Assembly: GCA_963676105.1 (NCBI GenBank) | Contig: OY781039.1 | Location: forward strand, 1,020,001 to 1,052,000 | Direction: 5' to 3' | DNA length: 32,000 nt | Source of the DNA: Erysipelotrichaceae bacterium | GTDB taxonomy: Bacteria; Bacillota_I; Bacilli_A; Erysipelotrichales; Erysipelotrichaceae | Shown: positions 7,041 to 13,928 of the stretch, piece after piece | Layout of the letters: the number at the start of each line of letters is the position of its first letter | Numbering within the stretch: the first letter of the stretch is position 1 | The notes under the pieces: model-generated | The model's input: only the letters and a program-made list of their open reading frames with translations | Databases searched by the model: none | Told to the model about the DNA's origin: nothing | Position numbers and translations under genes: made by a program

Positions 7041-8228
7041 TTATGCAGCTCTCATTTCTTCAATGGCTTCACATAAACGTTTAATACCTTCAGTGATTTC
7101 TTCAGGATCACCAGCAGTATAATTCAAACGCATATTAGAGTGTACTTTATTATCTGTATAGAATGGAGCCCCTGGGACAAAAACAACTTTCTTATCAGCT
7201 GCCGCAATGTCAAAGAGTTTCATCGCATCCATACCTTCAGGTAAAGTTACCCATAGAAACATCCCACCTTCAGGTTTAGTGAAGCTACAATCACTTGGTA
7301 GATATTTTTCTAAAGCTTCAACCATGGCTTGACGACGAACTTGATAAAGTTTAGTGATCTTTTCGATTTGTGCATCTAAAGAGTGTTTAGTCACAAAACG
7401 TTCAATCGCATATTGAGACAACATATTTGAATGTAAGTCAGAACCCTGTTTTGCGATTAAAAGTTTATCATAAATACCTTTAGGTGCCACTAACCAACCT
7501 AAACGCATGCCAGGTGATACCACTTTAGAGAATGATCCCATCATGATTGTATGTTCTGGTAATAATTTACGAATAGGTGTTCTGTGTTTCCCAAAGAATC
7601 TAAGTTCGCCATACGGATCATCTTCAACAATTACCACATCGCGCTTTTCCATGAGTTTTTGTAAAGCTAAGCGTTTTTCTTCGCTATAGGTTAGACCAGA
7701 TGGATTTTGAAAGTTAGGGACTAAATACATGACCTTAACATTGTTTTCATCCATGCATTTTTGTGCTGCATCTAAATCTAAACCATCGTCTTCAAGTTTA
7801 ATTTGATGATAGCTAGGTTCATATAAATCAAAGGCTTGAATTGCACCCAAGTAGGCAGGATCTTCCATTAAGACATGATCCCCTTTATTGATAAAAACTT
7901 TACCAATTAAATCTAAGGCTTGTTGAGAACCATTAACGATCAAGATATCTTCTGGATCAACTTCCATATCAAATCTTTTTTTATAACGGTTCGCAATCCA
8001 TTGACGTAATGGTAAGTAACCTTGTGAGCCAGAATATTGAAGGACTGTCTTACCACTTTCACTCATGACTTCTTGTAGCGCTTCTTGCATTTCCTTCACA
8101 GGAAAACTTTCCGCATTAGGAAACCCCCCCGAGAAAGAGATAATACCTGGTGCCCCTAAATACTTCAGAATTTCTCTTACAAATGATTTTTTAGAATTTA
8201 AAATACGATTAGAATATTGTGGTTTCAT
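7041..8228 (-). CDS. PLP-dependent aminotransferase, class I/II (aspartate / 2-aminoadipate aminotransferase-like)
   Basis: 395 aa with a SFSKVVSPGMRLGW PLP-lysine motif and fold-type-I layout. GGAGGG RBS 9 nt upstream. No terminator separates it from asnB upstream. Confidence 0.85.
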   Translation of the reverse strand: MKPQYSNRILNSKKSFVREILKYLGAPGIISFSGGFPNAESFPVKEMQEALQEVMSESGKTVLQYSGSQGYLPLRQWIANRYKKRFDMEVDPEDILIVNGSQQALDLIGKVFINKGDHVLMEDPAYLGAIQAFDLYEPSYHQIKLEDDGLDLDAAQKCMDENNVKVMYLVPNFQNPSGLTYSEEKRLALQKLMEKRDVVIVEDDPYGELRFFGKHRTPIRKLLPEHTIMMGSFSKVVSPGMRLGWLVAPKGIYDKLLIAKQGSDLHSNMLSQYAIERFVTKHSLDAQIEKITKLYQVRRQAMVEALEKYLPSDCSFTKPEGGMFLWVTLPEGMDAMKLFDIAAADKKVVFVPGAPFYTDNKVHSNMRLNYTAGDPEEITEGIKRLCEAIEEMRAA

Positions 8229-8269
8229 AGCTTCAGACCCTCCAAATTATTTGTTTTAGTTTATCACAC

Positions 8270-9847
8270 TTATTCGCCGGATTTATTATAATTGGATAAA
8301 TATCGCGCACTTGGATCAGTAATGTCATCACCAACCCACTCATTGTTTGGCATCCAGAAAGAAGGAATGACTTTTTCATTGCCTTTATAGAATTCTTCAA
8401 ACAAATCACGATACCATAATGCCTCTTTTGTATGAGGTGTGCAATATGGATATTTATGTTTCGCAGCTTCAACATCTGCATCACTATAAAGTGTTTCAGC
8501 ATAGGCTTTTAATTCATCTACCATTGAATGACCAACCGCATCAGAGAATGCGGCTTTTTCACGCCATAAAATGGTTTCAGGTAAGAAATCCCCTTCTTCA
8601 AATGCTTTACGTAAGAGATATTTACCCATACCTGTGTTGTTCATTTTATGTTTAGGATCAATCGACATAACATCTTTCACAAACGCTAAATCACCAAATG
8701 GAACACGTGCTTCTAAACAGTTAGCCGCAATACAACGATCAGCTCTTAATACATCATAGTAATAAAGTTCTGTTAAACGTTTTTCACTTTCTTTTTGGAA
8801 AGCATCAGCACTTGGCGCAAAATCAGTGTATTTATAACCAAAGAGCTCATCTGAAATTTCACCAGATAACAATACCTTAATGTCTGTTTCTTCATTAATA
8901 TATTTAGTGAGTAAATACATACCAACAGATGCACGAACCGTTGTAATATCATAAGATTCTAAATAATAAACAACATCACGAACAGCCCCTAAAACATCTT
9001 CGACAGACATAAGTACATCTGTATGATCTGAACCAATATGTTCAGCGACTTGTTTTGCATATTTGGAATCAATGGAATCTTTTGACATTCCAATTGAGAA
9101 AGTACGTAAAGGTTTATCACTCATTTGTGCAGCAATTGAACAAACCAAAGATGAATCAAGACCACCAGATAGTAAGAAACCAACCGGTACATCTGACATC
9201 ACCATACGTTTCTCAACCCCTTTAATGAGTTTTTCTTTAATCGCAGCTAGTGCTTCTTCTTCATTAAGTAAGGTATCATGTGTTTTTGTCACATCGTAAT
9301 ATTGTTTAAATTCACCATCTTCATAGATATAGCCTGGAGGGAATGGTGTAATTCCTTCACATAAATCTAAGAGTGATTTCATTTCAGACGCAAAAGCAAT
9401 CTTGCCGTTTGATTTTTGATAACCATAGAACAGTGGGCGAATTCCAATTGGATCACGACCCGCTAAAACTTTACCACTACGCTTGTCGACTAAAACAAAG
9501 GCAAATTCAGCATCTAAGTCTTTAGCCATTTCAGCTCCTTTATCTAAATATAAAGGAATAAGAGTTTCACAATCACTGTGACCCGCAAATGGAAAATCTT
9601 TATAGCGATCAATGAGTTCTAATTCATTATAAATTTCACCATTGACCATTAAACGAATTTCTTCAACATCAAATGGCTGCATACCGTGTTCAGTAACATC
9701 CATAATCGCCAAACGATGAAAACCAAATGTTCCAAATTCGTCTTCAATTAAACGAGACATATCAGGGCCACGATGAACTAAACATTCATAATCTTTTGTG
9801 AATGTTTCTGTAGTTTGTAAACCTTCATAAAATACAATTCCGCACAT
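8270..9847 (-). CDS. asnB: Asparagine synthetase B (glutamine-hydrolysing)
   Basis: Starts MCGIV (Ntn Cys2) directly after a GGAGGAAAAATT RBS. SGGLDSS PP-loop present; about 525 aa. The 9928 ORF start is a spurious extension into the leader. Confidence 0.9.
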   Translation of the reverse strand: MCGIVFYEGLQTTETFTKDYECLVHRGPDMSRLIEDEFGTFGFHRLAIMDVTEHGMQPFDVEEIRLMVNGEIYNELELIDRYKDFPFAGHSDCETLIPLYLDKGAEMAKDLDAEFAFVLVDKRSGKVLAGRDPIGIRPLFYGYQKSNGKIAFASEMKSLLDLCEGITPFPPGYIYEDGEFKQYYDVTKTHDTLLNEEEALAAIKEKLIKGVEKRMVMSDVPVGFLLSGGLDSSLVCSIAAQMSDKPLRTFSIGMSKDSIDSKYAKQVAEHIGSDHTDVLMSVEDVLGAVRDVVYYLESYDITTVRASVGMYLLTKYINEETDIKVLLSGEISDELFGYKYTDFAPSADAFQKESEKRLTELYYYDVLRADRCIAANCLEARVPFGDLAFVKDVMSIDPKHKMNNTGMGKYLLRKAFEEGDFLPETILWREKAAFSDAVGHSMVDELKAYAETLYSDADVEAAKHKYPYCTPHTKEALWYRDLFEEFYKGNEKVIPSFWMPNNEWVGDDITDPSARYLSNYNKSGE

Positions 9848-9871
9848 AATTTTTCCTCCGCATTTAAGAAA

Positions 9872-10105
9872 ATAAAAAAACAGTATTCTTCCCCTAGGGA
9901 CGAAAACTGTACTGTTCCGCGGTGCCACCCTGATTACCTATCTTTGTATAGGTCTCTTTTCTAAGTTCCAATAAACTCGAGTCACATGTTAACGGATGAC
10001 TTCCGGCACACCTTACTTACAAGCAAACTTGTTTCAAATGCACACTCATAGGGGTTACAGTTCTAGGATTTCTGTGCTGACATTTCACCATATCTCAGCT
10101 CGCTT
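9872..10105 (-). promoter_or_regulatory. T-box leader (tRNA-sensing riboswitch), probable Asn (AAC) specifier, with intrinsic terminator
   Basis: On the minus strand, AAUCAGGGUGGCACCGCG (9918-9935) matches the conserved T-box sequence. A terminator hairpin (9880-9915) is followed by U7. Stem I base is AAGCGAGCU (10097-10105) / AGUUUGCUU (10021-10029). The specifier-loop 3' side reads GAAACA (10030-10035). Confidence 0.75.
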
Positions 10106-10155
10106 CTTCAGAAATTGGATTGTAGAACTACATATCCTATTCAACGTTTGAAATG

Positions 10156-10184
10156 ATTATAAACCAATTAATGTAATTTGAAAA
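10156..10184 (-). promoter_or_regulatory. Candidate sigma-A promoter of the T-box leader
   Basis: On the minus strand: TTTTCA (10179-10184), 17-nt spacer, TATAAT (10156-10161). It lies about 45 nt upstream of stem I. Confidence 0.35.
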
Positions 10185-10213
10185 GGTTTTTTACATAAAT
10201 GTAAGAATTTTCA

Positions 10214-11380
10214 TTAAACTGAACAAGAAATTTCTTTTAATTGTTTTATAAAGACAAAATATAAGACAAGCCCAAACAATATAAAGAGGGTAAGTGAGCG
10301 ATACATTGACGCATAACCAACACGATCTATTAGATAGCCCGCTACCAATGGACTTAATAAATAACCAATATCAATTCCATAATAGGACGTTGCACTTGCA
10401 GCTCCACTACGACTTCGATCGACAGACTTCATGCATAATGTTTGTACTAAGGGTTGACATAAACCATAACCAAAGGCTAATAAAACTGAACCAAAGATAA
10501 ACATCATGAGCGTCGTTGAATAACTAATAACTAATACAGCTGCAAGAAACATTACAATCGCAAACGGCAATAAAATATACTCTTTATAATATAAAGAAAG
10601 TCTCCCTAAGATAGGTCTTGAAATTAGAAGTGATAAAGCATTAACTGAAAAAAACAAACCAATATTGGCGACATTCACATCATCTGCAAATAAAGTAATA
10701 TAAGCTGTAATCGCACTATACGAGCCTGCCAAAAAAATCATCATGCTTGCAGGTATTATCGCTTCTATAGCAATGCTTTTAGATAACTCAACTTTAAAAT
10801 CTTTTCGATTTTTTTGTGTTACTTTTAATTTGATACTCAAACTAATCAACATTGCCAGCACCATTATTACTAAACCGATTAAAAAGGTCATAGAGTATCC
10901 TAATCGATAGGACAACTCTAATCCAATATATGGTCCAACAGCACCAGATAAAGCTTGAAAAGTTCCATAGTAGGCAACAGCTTCCATAAGTCGCTCTTTT
11001 TCGACAATATCTGCTAAGATACTTAAACTTGCAACTGCCGTAAAAGCCATTCCACTACCTTGAACCATTCTAAAGAAAATTAACATATAGATACTTGTGG
11101 AAAATGAATAACCTAAAAATGCCACACTAATAATCGCTAATGAAAAAGCTAGTATTCTAACTTTATTAAAATGGTCAACCATGGGTCCCGATAGAGACTT
11201 AAAGATAATTGCAGTAATCGTAAAACTACTTAGTACAAAACCAACCAATGTACTAGATGCGCCTAAATCATTGGCATAACGAGGTAGTAGTGTATTCAAC
11301 ATTAGTGAAGCCATCGACATCACAAAGGAAACGATACTTATTTTTAGATAATTTACGTTCTTAAATAAATCCATAACCAC
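10214..11380 (-). CDS. MFS transporter
   Basis: About 12 predicted TM helices with an MFS-like loop (SGPMVDHFNKVR). The start is ambiguous: GTG at 11380 or ATG at 11374. Confidence 0.8.
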   Translation of the reverse strand: MVMDLFKNVNYLKISIVSFVMSMASLMLNTLLPRYANDLGASSTLVGFVLSSFTITAIIFKSLSGPMVDHFNKVRILAFSLAIISVAFLGYSFSTSIYMLIFFRMVQGSGMAFTAVASLSILADIVEKERLMEAVAYYGTFQALSGAVGPYIGLELSYRLGYSMTFLIGLVIMVLAMLISLSIKLKVTQKNRKDFKVELSKSIAIEAIIPASMMIFLAGSYSAITAYITLFADDVNVANIGLFFSVNALSLLISRPILGRLSLYYKEYILLPFAIVMFLAAVLVISYSTTLMMFIFGSVLLAFGYGLCQPLVQTLCMKSVDRSRSGAASATSYYGIDIGYLLSPLVAGYLIDRVGYASMYRSLTLFILFGLVLYFVFIKQLKEISCSV

Positions 11381-11425
11381 ATTATCATAGCACTAATCAA
11401 TTAAAGATTATCTTATTTATAAAAC

Positions 11426-11442
11426 TTGGCATAGAATGCCAA
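11426..11442 (-). terminator. Hairpin downstream of the SatD-like operon
   Basis: TTGGCAT (11426-11432) / ATGCCAA (11436-11442), 3-nt loop. Only a moderately U-rich tail on the minus strand. Confidence 0.4.
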
Positions 11443-11447
11443 AAAAT

Positions 11448-11831
11448 TTATACAATATTTATATTTTCTAACAAGCCATAAACAAGTAAAACGAACGTAA
11501 CACAATGAACACTTGAAAGAGTTCCTATGAGATACTTTGCTCTGAAGTTTTTATTAACACCAAGTTCTTCAAATTGTCCATATCTGACCATCGTTTTCGT
11601 CGCAATAATTAAACCAATACTTGACAAAGCATCAAGTAAAAATAAATTAAATATCAACAATCTCTCCAGAATTCCAATAAGTGTTCCTTCATCTTTAAAA
11701 CTAAACGTATATGATTGCTTTTCACTATTCAAAATTAATATGAGATTTGATACAAATAAACTTGATGGAATAATTAAAATGAAAACACAAATTAAAATCC
11801 TTAGAGTTTCATTCAAAATTTCAATGTTCAT
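11448..11831 (-). CDS. Small integral membrane protein (about 4 TM), partner of the SatD-like gene (possibly DUF3307-like)
   Basis: 127 aa and strongly hydrophobic. It starts 6 nt after the stop of the upstream gene and has no SD, which suggests translational coupling. Family assignment is from memory of SatD neighbourhoods and is not verified. Confidence 0.5.
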   Translation of the reverse strand: MNIEILNETLRILICVFILIIPSSLFVSNLILILNSEKQSYTFSFKDEGTLIGILERLLIFNLFLLDALSSIGLIIATKTMVRYGQFEELGVNKNFRAKYLIGTLSSVHCVTFVLLVYGLLENINIV

Positions 11832-11837
11832 ATATAA

Positions 11838-12647
11838 TTAAATTTCTAATAAATGCTTACATAACTTAATCGCATAATATCTTTCTTCAGCAAGTTCTTT
11901 AGATAGATACCGTTGTATGTTTTGTCTACTAGTCCCCAGTAATTCAGCTATTACAACTGCAATCCCACGCTCAATTGTAGACTTGTATTTACTAGCTTCA
12001 TTATTAGAGTGTGAAACAATATTAAGTATGTTCATTTCTTTAATTTCCATACCTTTATTATTATCTACAAACTGAATATCTCCTAAAACAAGTTTTTTCA
12101 TTTCTTCATTCATATATTTTATATAGTGAACAGACTTATCTATTGATAATGGATTCAACAACTCACTTAATAAAAATACTTGTTGGGATTTATAACTTAG
12201 ATTTTCAGTTGTCTTATCGTATAGATCTATATATGAATTTAAAAAATCAAATTGTTCATTCCCTTCAAAATAAATATGTGAATGGTATTTATTCTCAGAA
12301 ATAATATCTAACGCCTTTTTTGCATTATGATAAGCTTTACCATCTAACATATTTGAAGAGAATGATTCGTCAAAATAATCTAATACACCTAGACCAATTC
12401 CTATCTTCAATTTAATAGGATACAAAAATAATTGGATTGCACGTGCATATAAAAATGCAGCACTCAAAGTTTTAAAAATACCTTGAAGTGAATCACCCGA
12501 AGATATTTCAACTTTCTTTCTCAAATAATCAAAATAAACCTCATTAAAAAGTTCAATTATAGAAATAATTTTCCTTTGCGCTAAATATCTATCATTAAGT
12601 TTTCTTGACTCAATGACATCTGCTATTAATACAATATATTCTTCCAT
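11838..12647 (-). CDS. SatD-family-like protein: N-terminal nucleotidyl-cyclase-like palm motifs + C-terminal HTH
   Basis: VLIADVIESR ... SSGDSLQGIF ... LKIGIGLGVL ... DGKAYHNAKKAL follows the motif order of SatD and class III cyclase-homology domains. The C-terminal IAELLGTSRQNIQRYLSKE is HTH-like. Confidence 0.55.
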   Translation of the reverse strand: MEEYIVLIADVIESRKLNDRYLAQRKIISIIELFNEVYFDYLRKKVEISSGDSLQGIFKTLSAAFLYARAIQLFLYPIKLKIGIGLGVLDYFDESFSSNMLDGKAYHNAKKALDIISENKYHSHIYFEGNEQFDFLNSYIDLYDKTTENLSYKSQQVFLLSELLNPLSIDKSVHYIKYMNEEMKKLVLGDIQFVDNNKGMEIKEMNILNIVSHSNNEASKYKSTIERGIAVVIAELLGTSRQNIQRYLSKELAEERYYAIKLCKHLLEI

Positions 12648-12653
12648 ATCCCC

Positions 12654-12662
12654 ATTATATCA
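12654..12662 (-). promoter_or_regulatory. Extended -10 promoter (TGATATAAT) positioned for a leaderless SatD-like mRNA
   Basis: The minus strand reads TGATATAAT-GGGGAT-ATG. The A of the start codon is the 7th nt after the -10 hexamer. Confidence 0.35.
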
Positions 12663-12686
12663 AAAAAGCAACCTATTTTAGTTGCT
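12661..12686 (-). terminator. Rho-independent terminator of the chromate-transporter pair
   Basis: AGCAAC (12667-12672) / GTTGCT (12681-12686), followed by UUUUUG on the minus strand. Confidence 0.55.
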
Positions 12687-12714
12687 TATCTATTTCGCAA
12701 TATATTTATCTTGC

Positions 12715-13260
12715 TTAAAGAAAACTTAGAAGAACACCTAATACGCCACCACCAAAGATGAGATAGATTGGCGTGACTTTATATTTTTGTAATAAGAAAT
12801 AAGTCAGCGCAAATAAACCTATCGCAAAGAAATCCACACTGAATGTAGGTTCAATTTTTACAAGTGTAACTGTAATCATTTCATATGCTGCATAAGCAAT
12901 TAAAGCTGTAACAGTTGGACGAATACCATAGAATACTTTTAAAACAATTGGATGATCTGAGAAATGGTGCAATACTTTGCCGACATACATCATAAAAGCT
13001 ACACCTGTCACTAGTACTGCAAGTGAAGCTACAATTCCACCCATAACACCTGCCGCCTTAAAACCAGCATAGGTCGCCATATTAATACCAATGGGTCCAG
13101 GGGTCGATTCTGAGATTGCAATCATGTCAATCAACATGGGTTTATCAAACCATGGATACTTCTCTGCTAAATTATATAGAAATGGTAGAGTGGCTAACCC
13201 ACCACCTACGGTAAAGGTTCCAACAATAAAGAACTCAAAAATCAAAGTTAGATAGATCAC
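12715..13260 (-). CDS. Chromate transporter (CHR family), short-chain half
   Basis: 181 aa with 5-6 TM and a GGGLATLPFL motif. GTG start overlaps the upstream stop (GTGA). Confidence 0.8.
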   Translation of the reverse strand: MIYLTLIFEFFIVGTFTVGGGLATLPFLYNLAEKYPWFDKPMLIDMIAISESTPGPIGINMATYAGFKAAGVMGGIVASLAVLVTGVAFMMYVGKVLHHFSDHPIVLKVFYGIRPTVTALIAYAAYEMITVTLVKIEPTFSVDFFAIGLFALTYFLLQKYKVTPIYLIFGGGVLGVLLSFL

Positions 13261-13796
13261 GCTTTCACCACCTTATTACCAAAGATGTTTCCTGACACAG
13301 CCGCAATGATAATTAATGGGATTGGATTTACATCTAAAAAAGTAATCAAGACAAAAGCTAAGACAAAGGATATCCAACCAAAGAGATCAATAATCCCTGC
13401 TTTTCCCATTTTAATCGTCGTATGAACAATTAAAGCCGCAACAATAATACGAATCGTAGAAAACATTGATGCAACCCAAGGCAATGTCATATAGGGTTCT
13501 AAGAATAGCGCAATTAATGTAATGATAATAACCGAAGGTAGTGCCGCAGATAGAGCTGCAACGGCGGCCCCTGTTTTTTTATGAATACGATAACCTATTA
13601 AAGCTGAGGTATTCATCGCAATGAGACCCATACTTACTTGGGCTATCCCATAAAAATCCATAACTTCTTCAGATGTTACCCAACCTTTTTTATCAACGAT
13701 TTCTTTATCGACAATTGGCAACATTGCATAACCACCACCAAAAGTGAATAGTCCTACTCTAAAGAAAGCTACAAACATTTCAAATAATAACTTCAT
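13257..13796 (-). CDS. Chromate transporter (CHR family), short-chain half
   Basis: 179 aa with a FGGGYAMLPI motif. Paired with the downstream half-size paralogue, like other two-gene short-chain CHR systems. Confidence 0.8.
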   Translation of the reverse strand: MKLLFEMFVAFFRVGLFTFGGGYAMLPIVDKEIVDKKGWVTSEEVMDFYGIAQVSMGLIAMNTSALIGYRIHKKTGAAVAALSAALPSVIIITLIALFLEPYMTLPWVASMFSTIRIIVAALIVHTTIKMGKAGIIDLFGWISFVLAFVLITFLDVNPIPLIIIAAVSGNIFGNKVVKA

Positions 13797-13874
13797 ATAT
13801 CCCTTTCCAATAACAAACTAGCTCCTAGTCTGCCTGAATGATATAAATGTACCATATTTCAAAATAAAATAAAA

Positions 13875-13917
13875 TTCTGAAATGAATTTTGAAGTAAAAC
13901 TTCAGTTCATCTCAGAA
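13875..13917 (-). terminator. Long imperfect hairpin terminator after the P-type ATPase gene
   Basis: TTCTGA-a-ATGAA-ttt-TGAAG / CTTCA-g-TTCAT-c-TCAGAA. A U-rich tract follows on the minus strand (plus-strand A/T run 13861-13874). Confidence 0.55.
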
Positions 13918-13928
13918 TTGTTTAAAAT

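Noticed and set aside
9848-9928. N-terminal extensions offered by the ORF track: asnB from 9928, EIIC from 404, the hexapeptide gene from 2046, GntR from 2011, FDP from 29720, and RpiR from the TTG at 25807.
   Set aside because: In each case an internal ATG with a good Shine-Dalgarno coincides with the conserved N-terminus of the family (e.g. MCGIV for asnB). The extensions run into leaders or terminators.
10030-10032. Reading the T-box specifier as ACA (Thr) instead of AAC (Asn). The loop sequence GAAACA contains both triplets.
   Set aside because: With the helices I can draw, the loop ends ...AAC-A directly before the helix. That puts AAC in the canonical position (codon followed by a conserved purine), and the regulated gene is asnB. 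The ambiguity is kept as a caveat because I could not run a covariance model.
11448-12647. Classifying the SatD-like gene plus membrane-protein pair as a Pycsar/CBASS-type cyclase-effector defence system.
   Set aside because: The membrane partner has no cyclic-nucleotide-binding or other sensor domain. The cyclase-like protein carries an HTH instead. There is no nuclease, TIR or patatin effector, and SatD-family genes occur in housekeeping contexts. Only the weaker hypothesis of an uncharacterised signalling module is retained.
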